Source: Oscillospiraceae bacterium
GTDB taxonomy: Bacteria > Bacillota > Clostridia > Oscillospirales > Ruminococcaceae
DNA: 64,000 nt
Direction: 5' to 3'
Assembly: GCA_017481565.1 (NCBI GenBank)
Contig: JAFUOZ010000041.1
Coordinates: forward strand, 12,351-76,350
The notes under the pieces were generated by a model, which was not told where the DNA came from, ran no database searches, and saw only the letters and a program-made list of their open reading frames with translations. Shown in pieces: positions 8,134 through 18,662 of this stretch (position 1 is the first letter of the stretch; every line of letters begins with the position of its first letter). The position numbers and the translations under genes were made by a program.

Positions 8134-10143
8134 ATGAAGGGTAAACGCTGGAAGGCGTTCAGGCTTGTATCCATGCTTCTGGTGCTGGCGGCGTTTGTGT
8201 GTGCTATAGCAGGTGAGGAAAGCGTAAACAGTGCTTCTCTCTGGACTAAGCTTGGCATCATATCCTCTGTAAGCATTGCGTATCTGGTGCTGTTTATTGC
8301 GTCCACAAGAAATCTGCACAGCTTTGTTTCCAGTATGGAAAGCCAGCTTGATATAACCGAAAGGGATTCGCTCTATAAATTTCCCGCTCCTGCAGTTATT
8401 GTGGATACAGACGGTATCATTATATGGTACAACAAGGCTTTTTCTGAGGAGATATACAGCAGCGATGATGCATACGGAGTGGATATTTCCCGTATCATCG
8501 ACATTGATATGACAGAGACAAAGGAGAACAAGGACGTTACCATTGAGTATATGTCAGGCAAATACAGAGTATCTGCGGTCACTACCGAAAAGCATGACAG
8601 TATAAGCGATACCACCGTTGCCGAGCTTACACTGCTTTATTTTGAGGATATAAGCGATTATGTAAGGCTTGAAGAGGAATACGAGCGGTCAAGAATGTGG
8701 GTCATGATGATAATGATCGACAGCTACGAGGAGCTTTTCAACAATGTAAAGGATTCGGACAAATCCCACATAACAATGCAGATAGACAGGCTTATGGAGG
8801 GCATTATGGAGGAAAGCAGCGGTATTATCCGAAAGATATCCTCCGACAGATTCCTTGCGGTAATTGAGGAAGCACCCTTGCAGAAGCTTATTGACGATCA
8901 GTTCAGGAGTATTCTTGAAAAGGTCAGGGAGATAAGCGTAAACGACAAGAATTATGTTACTGTTTCCATAGGTGTAGGCCACGGCGGAAAGACCCTTGCC
9001 GAGTCCGAGAACATGGCAAAGCAGGCACTTGATATGACTCAGGGCAGAGGAGGCGATCAGGCGGCTGTCAAGGAGGACGATGATTTCCACTTCTTCGGCG
9101 GTACATCAAAGGGTATCGAAAAGCATACAAAGGTGCGTACAAGGATCTTCAGTTCAAACCTTATGCAGCTTGTGGAGCAGTCTGATAATGTTATCATTAT
9201 GGGACACCGTTTTGCAGACCTTGACGCTATGGGAGCGGCTGCAGGCATGGCAGGCGCTTTAAGGCTTATGGGCTGTGCCGCATATATATGCATAGATGTA
9301 AACAGAACGCTTGCTCTTCCTATTATAAACAGACTTAAGGAAAATCTTGAGGAGGGCGAGGATATTTTCCTTTCTCCCAAAAATGCGCTGGCGGTCATAT
9401 CCCCCAGAACGCTGCTTATCGTAGTTGATACAAACAGCAAGGATATGCTGGAAAGCATCGAGCTTTACGAGGCGGCAAAGAATGTGGTATATATCGATCA
9501 TCACAGGCAGGTGGTCAACAGTATCGACAATGCTGTGGTTGCACTGCATGAGCCGTATGCGTCATCGGCAAGCGAAATGGTTGCCGAGGTGGTGCAGTAT
9601 ATGCCGCTGAACGGCGCTCTTTCAAGCTATTATGCAGACGCAATGCTTGCGGGAATCATGCTTGATACAAAGGATTTTGTAAACAAAACAGGTGTGCGTA
9701 CCTTTGAGGCGGCGGCATTCCTTAAGAAGCTGGGAGCGGATACAGTTGCGGTAAAGAAGCTTTTTGCAAACTCTCTGGAAAGCTGCCGCAAGAAAGCGGC
9801 ACTTGTGGAGTCTGCGGAGATATACAGCCGCTGTGCAGTGGCTTCGTGGGACAGGCAGGATAATGACGTAAGAATATTCTCGGCACAGGCGGCTGATGAG
9901 CTGCTGGGCGTTGAGGGAGTTGACGCAAGCTTTGTGCTTTATTCGTGTATGATAAACGGAAATGACTGTGTCAATATATCTGCACGCTCCTATGGTGCGC
10001 TGAATGTTCAGATCATCATGGAGAAGCTGGGCGGCGGCGGTCATCAGACAATGGCGGCGGCTCAGATATATGATATCTCCGTTGAAGATGCTAAGAAAAG
10101 GCTTTTTGAGGCGGTAGACGAGTATATAACAGGTATCAGTTAA
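8134..10143 (+). CDS. gdpP: GdpP-type cyclic-di-AMP phosphodiesterase (2 TM, PAS-like, degenerate GGDEF, DHH/DHHA1)
   Basis: Two N-terminal TM helices. DHH motifs GHRFADLDAMGAA and YIDHHR. DHHA1 motif GGGGHQTMAAAQ. RBS GGAGG. Conserved gdpP-rplI-dnaB neighbourhood. Confidence 0.9.
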   Translation: MKGKRWKAFRLVSMLLVLAAFVCAIAGEESVNSASLWTKLGIISSVSIAYLVLFIASTRNLHSFVSSMESQLDITERDSLYKFPAPAVIVDTDGIIIWYNKAFSEEIYSSDDAYGVDISRIIDIDMTETKENKDVTIEYMSGKYRVSAVTTEKHDSISDTTVAELTLLYFEDISDYVRLEEEYERSRMWVMMIMIDSYEELFNNVKDSDKSHITMQIDRLMEGIMEESSGIIRKISSDRFLAVIEEAPLQKLIDDQFRSILEKVREISVNDKNYVTVSIGVGHGGKTLAESENMAKQALDMTQGRGGDQAAVKEDDDFHFFGGTSKGIEKHTKVRTRIFSSNLMQLVEQSDNVIIMGHRFADLDAMGAAAGMAGALRLMGCAAYICIDVNRTLALPIINRLKENLEEGEDIFLSPKNALAVISPRTLLIVVDTNSKDMLESIELYEAAKNVVYIDHHRQVVNSIDNAVVALHEPYASSASEMVAEVVQYMPLNGALSSYYADAMLAGIMLDTKDFVNKTGVRTFEAAAFLKKLGADTVAVKKLFANSLESCRKKAALVESAEIYSRCAVASWDRQDNDVRIFSAQAADELLGVEGVDASFVLYSCMINGNDCVNISARSYGALNVQIIMEKLGGGGHQTMAAAQIYDISVEDAKKRLFEAVDEYITGIS

Positions 10144-10205
10144 GATTATCAGAAAATTTTCACAGAATATGCACAATCAGGTGATATAATTAAGGAGACG
10201 TTGTT

Positions 10206-10976
10206 ATGGATAAGGAGCAGATGCTGAAATTATTTGAAGAAATTCAGGAAAAAATAAAAAGCGGAGAAATTGATAACGATAATATGTCAGGATTTCCGGC
10301 GGAATCTCTGCATACAGAAGATCTTGATGATTTTTTCGGCAGGCATTTTCCCGGCGGAGAGGGTCGGGTTTTTCATGAGATAATATCGGATATAGTTCAT
10401 ATCGATATCGGGATAATTCCCCCTGCCGAGGGACGTGATTATACGGTGCTTTATACATCGGGAATGAGTGATCTTTCGATGACCATGCCGGAGGGGATGC
10501 CCGAAAAGGATAAGGAAAGGCTTTCAAGGGCAGAGCTTATGATGCTTCTGCCTGCTGATTGGAAGCTTGATTCTGAAGCCTTTAAGGACGAAAGAAATTA
10601 CTGGCCCGTAAGAGCGCTTAAGACAGCGGCAAGATTTCCCCATGAATATGAAACATGGTTTGCTCACGGTCACGATCTGCAGTTTACCGAGCCATGCGAA
10701 CCATTTGCGGATAATACTGGGCTTTGTGCGCTGCTGTTTGCTTATCCCGATGAGGAGGAGCTGAAGGGATTTACCGCATCGGACGGAATGTACATCAATA
10801 TATACACGGTGATTCCTATATATGAGGAGGAGCTGATGTATAAGTTAAATGAAGAGGACGGGGAAAAACCGTATCTTTTCGAGCTTATTTTCGGTGAGGG
10901 CGATGCTCCCGTTGATAAGAGAGTGATCAACATCAACAGAAAAAATGTCTGCAAAGATTACAGAAAGGATAGATAA
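10206..10976 (+). CDS. SUFU-like (suppressor-of-fused domain) protein
   Basis: 256 aa, cytoplasmic. Pattern [11 protein letters not shown]...[14 protein letters not shown]...[27 protein letters not shown] resembles bacterial SUFU-domain proteins. RBS AAGGAG. Confidence 0.65.
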   Translation: MDKEQMLKLFEEIQEKIKSGEIDNDNMSGFPAESLHTEDLDDFFGRHFPGGEGRVFHEIISDIVHIDIGIIPPAEGRDYTVLYTSGMSDLSMTMPEGMPEKDKERLSRAELMMLLPADWKLDSEAFKDERNYWPVRALKTAARFPHEYETWFAHGHDLQFTEPCEPFADNTGLCALLFAYPDEEELKGFTASDGMYINIYTVIPIYEEELMYKLNEEDGEKPYLFELIFGEGDAPVDKRVININRKNVCKDYRKDR

Positions 10977-10978
10977 AC

Positions 10979-11425
10979 ATGAAGGTTATTTTTTTACAGG
11001 ACGTTAAGGGCTCAGGCAAAAAGGGTGAGGTCAAGGAAGTATCCGACGGATACGCAAGAAATTTCCTTATCGGAAAGGGTCTTGCGTGTGAAGCAACAGC
11101 AAAGAATCTTTCCGATTTACAGGGACAGAAATCCTCTGCACAGCACAAGGCTGACGTTGCAAAGCAGGAGGCTATGGATTCCGCAGCCGCAATAAAGGGA
11201 AAGACAGTTGTCTGCAAGGCTAAGGCAGGACAGGGCGGAAAGCTTTTCGGTGCGGTTACCGCAGGCAATATTGCAGAGCTTATCGGTTCTCAGCTGGGTA
11301 TCAAGGTTGAAAAGAAGAAGGTTAGCCTCAGCAATGAGATAAAGGCTTTCGGAACATATACCGCTGAGGTTAAGTTTATGGCAGGTATTTCCGAAAAGAT
11401 CACTGTTGAAGTGGTAGAGGAATAA
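10979..11425 (+). CDS. rplI: 50S ribosomal protein L9
   Basis: [36 protein letters not shown]... 148 aa. Confidence 0.95.
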   Translation: MKVIFLQDVKGSGKKGEVKEVSDGYARNFLIGKGLACEATAKNLSDLQGQKSSAQHKADVAKQEAMDSAAAIKGKTVVCKAKAGQGGKLFGAVTAGNIAELIGSQLGIKVEKKKVSLSNEIKAFGTYTAEVKFMAGISEKITVEVVEE

Positions 11426-11497
11426 TTCTGTTCGTTTTTTCACCGTGGATTTACAATGGATAGCTTGTCCGTTTACTATTGACAGCTGTTACGTGCT

Positions 11498-11588
11498 AAA
11501 GGGGATTTCGCACTCTGCGGAGTGCGACCAAAGGGCGCTGCCCTCTGGACTCCCGCAAGCCTTTGTAAAGGCTTGAGCGAAACTTTTA
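11498..11588 (+). repeat. GC-rich element of three consecutive hairpins between rplI and dnaB
   Basis: TCGCACTC-TGCG-GAGTGCGA (11508-11527); CCAAAGGGC-GCT-GCCCTCTGG (11528-11548); AAGCCTTT-GTA-AAAGGCTT (11557-11574). GC content stands out from the AT-rich spacer. Confidence 0.5.
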
Positions 11589-11631
11589 ACTTGTGTTACT
11601 GCTTTTGGTTTTTTCTTTGAATTGCTATATT

Positions 11632-11649
11632 GATTGCGAATTACGCATT
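11632..11649 (-). repeat. 2-3 heptads of the YAATKCG family (reverse orientation)
   Basis: GATTGCG AATTACG CATT on the + strand. Confidence 0.35.
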
Positions 11650-11669
11650 TCTTACAGGGGGTTATTGGT

Positions 11670-13022
11670 TTGGAGCTTGGCGATATTACTTCTCGTGAAA
11701 TGCCTCATAGTATTGAGGCTGAACAAACAGTTCTCGGTGCTGTCCTTATGGACCCCGATCAGCTGGCTGTGGTCATGAACTACGTAAAGGCAGACAGTTT
11801 CTATGTGCAGAAGCATAAAAGCCTTTTCTCTATCATTATCCGCCTGTTCACTATGGGCGTTAATGCGGATATTATCACCGTTCTCGATGAAGCCGTAAGA
11901 GAAGGTATCTTCGAGGACTCCCGTTCGGGTAAGGAATATCTCGCCGCTGTTATGCAGGGCGTGCCTTCTCTTGCCAATATCGAAAGCTACTGTAAGATCG
12001 TTGAGGAAAAGTATTACATACGCTCCCTTATCGAAGCGGCTAACAGTATCGTGCGCAACTGTACGGAAGGCTCCGACTCTGCTGCCGTTTTACTTGATTC
12101 CGCCGAACAGATGATCTATGATATCAGACAGGGCAAGGACGTTGACGGTCTGACCCGTGTTGATGAAGTGCTACTCAGTACCTATGATCATCTTAACCGC
12201 ATCTCAGGTGCAGATAAGGAAAAGTATCAGGGCGCAAAATCGGGATATTCGGCTCTGGATAATGTTATAAGCGGTCTTAACAAATCCGACCTTATTATCC
12301 TTGCGGCTCGTCCCGGTATGGGTAAAACCTCCTTTGCGCTTAATGTTGCCGCCAACGTTTGCAGAAATACCGCCGATAAGGAAGTAGTCGTGTTCTCGCT
12401 GGAAATGTCAAAGGAACAGCTTGTTACACGTATGCTTTCGGCGGAAAGTCTCGTTGACAGCGATCATCTTATCAAGGGCAATATTACAAATGCAGACTGG
12501 GAAAAGCTTGCAGGCGGCGCAAACAGAATGTCTATGATGAATCTGTATCTGGACGATACCGCAGGTATTACTGTTGTTCAGATGAAGGCCAAGCTCAGAA
12601 GGCTTAAAAATGTAGGTCTTGTTGTTATAGACTATTTACAGCTTATGAACTCAGGCAAAAAGGCGGAAAGCCGTGTAAATGAGATCTCCGAGATAACACG
12701 TCAGCTGAAGCTTATGGCTAAGGAGCTGAATGTTCCCGTTATCACACTTTCACAGCTTTCCCGTTCGGTTGAATCCCGTCCCGATAAGCGTCCGCAGCTT
12801 TCTGATCTGCGTGAATCCGGTTCTATCGAGCAGGATGCGGATATAGTTCTTTTTCTTTATCGTGACGGATATTATAATAAGGATAAGACCGAGGACGTTA
12901 ATTTAGCAGAATGTATCGTATCGAAAAACCGTCACGGTGAAACAGGTACAGTAAATCTCAGGTGGAACGGTCAGTATACGCTGTTTATGTCTGACGACAG
13001 ACGGCCTGTTCCACAGCCGTAA
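11670..13022 (+). CDS. dnaB: replicative DNA helicase
   Basis: PHSIEAEQTVLGAVL N-terminal motif, Walker A ARPGMGKTSFALN, Walker B VVIDYLQLM. Start is either TTG 11670 (AGGGGG 9 nt upstream) or ATG 11700. The track's TTG at 11634 is unlikely. Confidence 0.92.
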   Translation: MELGDITSREMPHSIEAEQTVLGAVLMDPDQLAVVMNYVKADSFYVQKHKSLFSIIIRLFTMGVNADIITVLDEAVREGIFEDSRSGKEYLAAVMQGVPSLANIESYCKIVEEKYYIRSLIEAANSIVRNCTEGSDSAAVLLDSAEQMIYDIRQGKDVDGLTRVDEVLLSTYDHLNRISGADKEKYQGAKSGYSALDNVISGLNKSDLIILAARPGMGKTSFALNVAANVCRNTADKEVVVFSLEMSKEQLVTRMLSAESLVDSDHLIKGNITNADWEKLAGGANRMSMMNLYLDDTAGITVVQMKAKLRRLKNVGLVVIDYLQLMNSGKKAESRVNEISEITRQLKLMAKELNVPVITLSQLSRSVESRPDKRPQLSDLRESGSIEQDADIVLFLYRDGYYNKDKTEDVNLAECIVSKNRHGETGTVNLRWNGQYTLFMSDDRRPVPQP

Positions 13023-14330
13023 GTGATGTGTTATATGGATAAAAGGATAATAAGTAAGGCAGCTGTTCTTCTTGGGGATATCCCCCCAAGGAGCAGTATT
13101 GCTGTAGGACTTTCGGGCGGTGCGGACAGTGTTTGTCTGCTGCTTGTACTTTGTGAGCTTGCACCCCGTTATGAGCATAAAATATCGGCAGTGCATATAA
13201 ATCACTGCTTAAGGGGAGAGGAAAGCGACAGGGACGAACAGTTCTGCCGCTGTTTATGCGAAAGACTGGATATCCCCTTTACAGCTGCAGCTGTTGATGT
13301 AAACGGATATGCACAGAAAACAGGTAAATCAACCGAGGCGGCTGCCAGAGAGCTGAGATATGCGGAGCTTGAAAAAGCAGCAGGTGGAGGATTTATCGCA
13401 ACGGCACATAATCTGAATGACAATGCGGAAACGGTCATTTTCAATATGACAAGAGGGACGGGACTTAAGGGACTTTGCGGTATTCCCGAAAGAAGAGGAA
13501 ATATCATCAGACCTCTTCTTGGTGTTTCCAGAGATGATATCGAGGAATATTTATCGGAAAAGGGACAGTCCTATGTTACGGACAGCACCAATCTGACAGA
13601 TGATTATTCAAGAAATAAAATAAGACACAGTGTTATTCCTGTGCTTTGCGGTATTAATTCCGCTTTTCTTGACAATATAAAGAATATGACGGAAATTTTA
13701 TCGGAGCAGGATAAATTCTGTCATGACGCTTCAATGGTAAGCGACAGTGACGCAGATAAGCTGCCCGACGCTCCCAGAAGAAGATATGTTCAGCGGCGGC
13801 TGGAGGAGCAGGGCTTTGATCCTGACAGCAGTATGATCTGCCGTGGAGACAGAGTACTTGTTGAGGGCGGCAGAGAGCAGATAAAGGGGAATATTTTTGC
13901 GGTGAAAAGAAACGGTATCCTTGATTTTGAGGAGATCGGAAGCTGTAAGGAGCTTGAAAACTTCTCCGCAGAGCTGAAAGAGGGAGTAAATATTTTCCCT
14001 GACGGGAAAAAAATATTGTTTGAAGTATATAAATCCAAAGATATTAACAAATCTGTAACAAATTATTTGTTGGATTGTGGTAGAATAAAAGGTAGTCTTG
14101 TTATGCGTACAAGGCGTGAGGGTGACAGGATCATGCTTAAGGGCGAGAGCTTCCACCGTAAGCTCCGCAAGCTTTACAATTCTATGAAAATTCCGCCTCA
14201 CAGGCGTGACAGTGCGGTTATCATCGAGGACGAAAACGGAATAGTTTTTGCTCAGTACTGCGGAGTTTCGGCTGCCGCTGCCTGCGATGACGACAGCACC
14301 GATATAATGCTCATCAGCATTATAGAATAG
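13023..14330 (+). CDS. tilS: tRNA(Ile)-lysidine synthetase
   Basis: PP-loop motif GLSGGADS. TilS-like central and C-terminal domains. Start ambiguous (GTG 13023, ATG 13026 or ATG 13035). Confidence 0.88.
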   Translation: MMCYMDKRIISKAAVLLGDIPPRSSIAVGLSGGADSVCLLLVLCELAPRYEHKISAVHINHCLRGEESDRDEQFCRCLCERLDIPFTAAAVDVNGYAQKTGKSTEAAARELRYAELEKAAGGGFIATAHNLNDNAETVIFNMTRGTGLKGLCGIPERRGNIIRPLLGVSRDDIEEYLSEKGQSYVTDSTNLTDDYSRNKIRHSVIPVLCGINSAFLDNIKNMTEILSEQDKFCHDASMVSDSDADKLPDAPRRRYVQRRLEEQGFDPDSSMICRGDRVLVEGGREQIKGNIFAVKRNGILDFEEIGSCKELENFSAELKEGVNIFPDGKKILFEVYKSKDINKSVTNYLLDCGRIKGSLVMRTRREGDRIMLKGESFHRKLRKLYNSMKIPPHRRDSAVIIEDENGIVFAQYCGVSAAAACDDDSTDIMLISIIE

Positions 14331-14399
14331 CTGACTTTTTGAAAAATACCGTGTTCCTTCGGAATACGATATACTATATATAACTTAAGGAGTGAAAAA

Positions 14400-16487
14400 A
14401 TGGGAAAAAAGAGCAGAGGCGTTGTACTATATGTAATAATTCTTCTGGGCATCATTGCTGCTATGGTCATGTTTGTGAATGACTCGGCACAGCCAAGCGA
14501 GAACTATACCTATTCCGAGATCATGGATTATTTCGACAATTATCAGGTGAATGATTACACCTTTGATCTGGGAACAGGCGAGCTTGCCTTAAAGGTTGAC
14601 GGTTCGGAGGATTACATTTTCTACACTGTCCCCAATGTGAATGTATTTTTGAATGAGATCCAGATGGGTGAGGAAAATTACCGTAAGGAATATAATGAAC
14701 GTCACCCGGATACCCCGCTTAAGCAGGACTATTTCAAGATCAGGGATAATTCATGGCTTTATAATGTTCTTCCCTCACTGCTGCTTGTGATACTTATGGT
14801 AGTTTTCATGGTTATCATGATGAGACAGGCAGGCGGCGGCGGTAAGATCAACAGCTTCGGCAAGGCAAATATCAAGGATCAGTCCAAGAAAAAGAATACC
14901 TTTGCCGATGTTGCAGGAGCAGACGAGGAAAAGTTTGAGCTTCAGGAGATCGTTGATTATCTGAAAAATCCCAAGAAATATACCGAGATCGGCGCAAGGA
15001 TACCCAAGGGCGTTCTGCTGGAGGGACCTCCCGGTACAGGTAAAACTCTGCTTGCAAAGGCAGTTGCAGGTGAGGCAGGCGTTCCATTCTTCTCTATTTC
15101 AGGCTCCGACTTTGTTGAAATGTTTGTCGGTGTCGGTGCTTCAAGAGTAAGAGACCTTTTTGAAACAGCAAAGAAAAATGCTCCCGCTATCATCTTTATC
15201 GATGAGATCGATGCAGTAGGCCGTCACAGAGGCGCAGGTCTGGGCGGCGGTCACGATGAACGTGAGCAGACCCTTAATCAGTTGCTGGTTGAAATGGACG
15301 GCTTTGAGGGTAACGAGGGCGTTATCGTTATGGCGGCTACAAACCGTAAGGATATCCTTGACCCTGCACTTCTCCGTCCGGGCAGATTTGACAGACATAT
15401 CGTGGTAAGCTATCCCGATGTAAAGGGCAGAGAGGAGATCCTCAGAGTTCATACAAGAAACAAGCCTTTAGGTCCCGATGTTGACCTTAAGGTGATCGCA
15501 CAGTCCTCCGCAGGCTTTACAGGTGCGGAGCTTGAAAACCTTGTAAATGAGGCTGCTCTTCTTGCTGCAAGACAGAACAGAAAGGCTATTACAAAGTCCG
15601 ATATCGAAGAGGCTACTATCAAGGTCATCGCAGGTCCCGAAAAGAAGAGCAAGGTCGTTACAGTGGACGAAAAGCGTCTTGTTGCTTATCATGAGGCAGG
15701 TCATGCGGTTGCTACCTTCTATCTTCCCACACAGGATAAGGTCCATCAGGTGACCATTATCCCAAGAGGAAGTGCAGGCGGTATGACTATCCACCTTCCC
15801 GAAAAGGAGCCTTCTTATCTTAATATGACAGCTGCAAAGATGAAGGAAGAGATAGTTGTTCTCATGGGCGGACGTGTTGCCGAGGAGATGATCATCGGTC
15901 AGGCATCAGCAGGTGCAATAAGCGATCTTCAGCGTTCCACAAAGCTTGCAAAGGCTATGGTAACACAGTACGGCTTCTCCGAGAAGCTGGGTCCCGTTGT
16001 TTATTCCGATGATAACGGTCAGCCTTTTGTGGGTATGGAGTACGGTCACAGCAAGGGTCATTCCGAGGAGGTACTCTCTGCTATTGACAAGGAGATCAGA
16101 ACTATCATCGACAGCTGTTACGAAAAAACAGAGCAGCTTCTTAATGAGCATATCGACAAGCTTCATCTTGTTGCAAAGACTCTTATGTACAATGAAAAGA
16201 TCGACAGCAAGGACTTTGAAGCGATCATGAAGGGTGAAACTTCTGCCGAGGAGATCGAAAAGAAGTATGAGGAATTCGTGAAGAATGCTGAAAAGAAGAT
16301 AGATGTTGTTATTGACGACAGCACCGATAAGGAAGCAGATAAGCCTGTTGAGGAAGAAAAAAAGCAGGACGATGCTCCCGATACAAAGACCGAGGAAAAA
16401 TCTGACGGGACTGAAAATAATGAAAAGTCCGATGCAGAAAACAATACAGATAATAGCAATAATAATGAGGACAGCAAGTCCGAATAA
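14400..16487 (+). CDS. ftsH: ATP-dependent zinc metalloprotease FtsH
   Basis: Two TM helices. AAA+ Walker [14 protein letters not shown], Walker [12 protein letters not shown], and Zn motif HEAGHAV. Acidic N/D/E/K-rich C-terminal tail. Confidence 0.96.
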   Translation: MGKKSRGVVLYVIILLGIIAAMVMFVNDSAQPSENYTYSEIMDYFDNYQVNDYTFDLGTGELALKVDGSEDYIFYTVPNVNVFLNEIQMGEENYRKEYNERHPDTPLKQDYFKIRDNSWLYNVLPSLLLVILMVVFMVIMMRQAGGGGKINSFGKANIKDQSKKKNTFADVAGADEEKFELQEIVDYLKNPKKYTEIGARIPKGVLLEGPPGTGKTLLAKAVAGEAGVPFFSISGSDFVEMFVGVGASRVRDLFETAKKNAPAIIFIDEIDAVGRHRGAGLGGGHDEREQTLNQLLVEMDGFEGNEGVIVMAATNRKDILDPALLRPGRFDRHIVVSYPDVKGREEILRVHTRNKPLGPDVDLKVIAQSSAGFTGAELENLVNEAALLAARQNRKAITKSDIEEATIKVIAGPEKKSKVVTVDEKRLVAYHEAGHAVATFYLPTQDKVHQVTIIPRGSAGGMTIHLPEKEPSYLNMTAAKMKEEIVVLMGGRVAEEMIIGQASAGAISDLQRSTKLAKAMVTQYGFSEKLGPVVYSDDNGQPFVGMEYGHSKGHSEEVLSAIDKEIRTIIDSCYEKTEQLLNEHIDKLHLVAKTLMYNEKIDSKDFEAIMKGETSAEEIEKKYEEFVKNAEKKIDVVIDDSTDKEADKPVEEEKKQDDAPDTKTEEKSDGTENNEKSDAENNTDNSNNNEDSKSE

Positions 16488-16500
16488 TATTCTGTAAATC

Positions 16501-16540
16501 AAACCGACTGTTTGCTCATTGACAAACAGTCGGTTTATAC
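16501..16540 (+). terminator. rho-independent terminator after ftsH
   Basis: 14-bp stem AAACCGACTGTTTG / CAAACAGTCGGTTT, 8-nt loop. Confidence 0.75.
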
Positions 16541-16554
16541 TTTAGGTGATGATT

Positions 16555-18588
16555 ATGGATATCAATTCTCCCGTTGGCTCGCTTGGCGGAGTGGGCAAAA
16601 AAAGAGCTGAGCTTTATAATAAGCTGGGTATATATACTCTGGCTGATCTTGTATATTATTTCCCTAAGAGATATAATGATTACAGCTGTCCTGTGTCTAT
16701 AGACGAGGCACAGATCAACGAGCATGCAGTAATATCGGCGGTGGTCACGAAAAAAATGCCTGCCGCAAGAATACGTCAGGGACTTGTACTCTATAAGCTG
16801 GTAGCGGCTGATGAAAAGGACAGTGTTACAATAAGCTTTTACAACAACAGATTTGTTTATGATAAGCTTTTTGAGGGTACGGAATATTTATTCAGCGGCA
16901 AGATAACAGGGGGCTTTACCCGAAAGGAAATGAACAGTCCTCAGGTAATATCGGCAGATGAAAGCTGTCTTTTCAGACCTGTTTATCATCTTACCGAGGG
17001 GATAACGGTAAATATGCTTACCGCAAACATCGAGACAGCGTTAAAATGCGTAGGCGATGATTTTCCCGATCATATCCCCGACCATATAAGAAAGAAATAT
17101 TCCCTTTGTACCTTGGGATATGCGCTTCATAATATACATTTTCCCGAAAGTGATCACGGTCTGGAGCTGGCAAGGCGCAGGCTTGGTTTTGATGAGCTTA
17201 TTCAGCTGCAGCTTGGAATGCTCATGCTGAAAAGCAGAAACCGCAGAAGCACAGGCTATGTAATGAAAAAATACGACCTGAACGAATATTATTCGGCGCT
17301 TCCCTTTGAGCCTACAGGCGCACAGAAAAGAGCCTGTGAGGATATTGCGGCGGATATGTCAAGGGATTTTCCCATGAACAGACTTGTTCAGGGCGATGTA
17401 GGCTCAGGCAAGACTGCAGTTGCTGCCGCTGCCTGCTGGCTTGCAGTTAAAAACGGAGTTCAGGCTGCGCTTATGGCTCCGACGGAAATTCTTGCAAGAC
17501 AGCATTATGCAACGCTCAGTGGATTTCTTGAGCCTATGGGCATAAAGGTAGGCTGTCTTACTGGAGCAATGACTGTAAAGCAGAAAAACGAGCTTAAAGC
17601 AAGGCTTGCAAGCGGCGAGCTTGATGTTGTAACAGGTACTCATGCACTGATATCGCAATCAACAGAGTTCAAGGCACTGGGTCTTGTTATTACAGATGAG
17701 CAGCATCGTTTCGGAGTAAATCAGCGGAAGGCTTTTGCAGGCAAGGGGGAAAGTCCCCACAAGCTGGTAATGTCTGCTACGCCTATCCCAAGAACGCTTG
17801 GACTTATCATATACGGTGATCTGGATATATCCATACTTAATGAGCTTCCTAAGGGCAGACAGCCTGTTGAGACTCATGCTGTAACAGGTAAGCTCCGTGA
17901 CCGTGCCTTAGGATATGTAAAGAAGCATCTTGACGAGGGCAGACAGGGCTATATAGTATGTCCTCTGGTTGAGGACAGCGAGGTAAGCGAAGCTCTTGCA
18001 GTGACCTCATACAAGGATAAGCTTGAAAAGGGGATACTTGCGGATTATAATATCGGTCTGCTCCACGGTCAGATGAATGCCGCCGAAAAGGATAAGGTAA
18101 TGGCAGAATTCAAAGCAGGGGATATACAGCTGCTTGTCTGTACTACTGTTGTGGAGGTAGGCGTTGATGTTCCCAATGCTGCGGTAATGATGATAGAAAA
18201 TTCCGATCGGTTCGGTCTTTCACAGCTTCATCAGCTGAGAGGACTAGTGGGCAGAGGACAGTTCAAAAGCACCTGTATACTGCTTACCGATAATCTTACC
18301 GAGGAAACAAGGGAACGTCTTAAAATAATGTCCTCTACCAATGACGGCTTTAAAATATCCGAGGAGGATCTGAAAATGAGAGGCGCAGGAGATTTCTTCG
18401 GTGAAAAACAGCACGGACTTCCTCCCATGAAAATAGCTGATATCATCGGTGATCGTGAGCTTCTTGCGCAGGCACAGAGTGCCGCAAGGGAGCTTCATGA
18501 GGAAAGCTCCGACCTTGAAAAATATCCTCTGCTTAAGGAAAATGTTGAAAAGATGTTCTCCAAAAATGCTGAGGACGGGATGAATTGA
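16555..18588 (+). CDS. recG: ATP-dependent DNA helicase RecG
   Basis: LGGVGKKRAELYNKLGI, Walker A GDVGSGKT, DEQHRFG, and the C-terminal helicase domain. ATG 16555 follows AGGTGA by 8 nt (the track ORF opens at GTG 16546). Confidence 0.93.
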   Translation: MDINSPVGSLGGVGKKRAELYNKLGIYTLADLVYYFPKRYNDYSCPVSIDEAQINEHAVISAVVTKKMPAARIRQGLVLYKLVAADEKDSVTISFYNNRFVYDKLFEGTEYLFSGKITGGFTRKEMNSPQVISADESCLFRPVYHLTEGITVNMLTANIETALKCVGDDFPDHIPDHIRKKYSLCTLGYALHNIHFPESDHGLELARRRLGFDELIQLQLGMLMLKSRNRRSTGYVMKKYDLNEYYSALPFEPTGAQKRACEDIAADMSRDFPMNRLVQGDVGSGKTAVAAAACWLAVKNGVQAALMAPTEILARQHYATLSGFLEPMGIKVGCLTGAMTVKQKNELKARLASGELDVVTGTHALISQSTEFKALGLVITDEQHRFGVNQRKAFAGKGESPHKLVMSATPIPRTLGLIIYGDLDISILNELPKGRQPVETHAVTGKLRDRALGYVKKHLDEGRQGYIVCPLVEDSEVSEALAVTSYKDKLEKGILADYNIGLLHGQMNAAEKDKVMAEFKAGDIQLLVCTTVVEVGVDVPNAAVMMIENSDRFGLSQLHQLRGLVGRGQFKSTCILLTDNLTEETRERLKIMSSTNDGFKISEEDLKMRGAGDFFGEKQHGLPPMKIADIIGDRELLAQAQSAARELHEESSDLEKYPLLKENVEKMFSKNAEDGMN

Positions 18589-18591
18589 TAA

Positions 18592-18616
18592 CAATTCGCA
18601 ATTTATAATGTACATT
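18592..18616 (+). repeat. short run of YAATKCG-like heptads 3 nt after the recG stop
   Basis: CAATTCG CAATTTA TAATGTA CATT. Confidence 0.4.
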
Positions 18617-18618
18617 AA

Positions 18619-18660
18619 AAGGCTGTCGGGCAGATGTTTTATCATCTGCCTGACAGCCTT
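18619..18660. terminator. bidirectional terminator between recG (+) and the 338-aa gene (-)
   Basis: 18-bp stem AAGGCTGTCGGGCAGATG / CATCTGCCTGACAGCCTT (one mismatch), 6-nt loop. Confidence 0.8.
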
Positions 18661-18662
18661 TA

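Noticed and set aside
9622-10176. 184-aa minus-strand ORF, and other antisense ORFs of 130 aa or more (8689-9090, 9057-9458, 13731-14201, 49812-50366, 53543-54094, 60632-61615).
   Set aside because: All are embedded antisense in genes with strong family motifs (gdpP, tilS, accC, accD, recJ). None has independent evidence.
16290-16487. Acidic Asn/Asp/Glu/Lys-rich C-terminal tail of FtsH as a special feature.
   Set aside because: Variable low-complexity C-terminal tails are common in FtsH orthologues, so this is not informative on its own.
15906-16502. 198-aa and 104-aa minus-strand ORFs at the 3' end of ftsH.
   Set aside because: They are antisense to the FtsH protease domain and to its acidic low-complexity tail. 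Open frames are expected opposite GAA/GAT/AAT-rich sequence.
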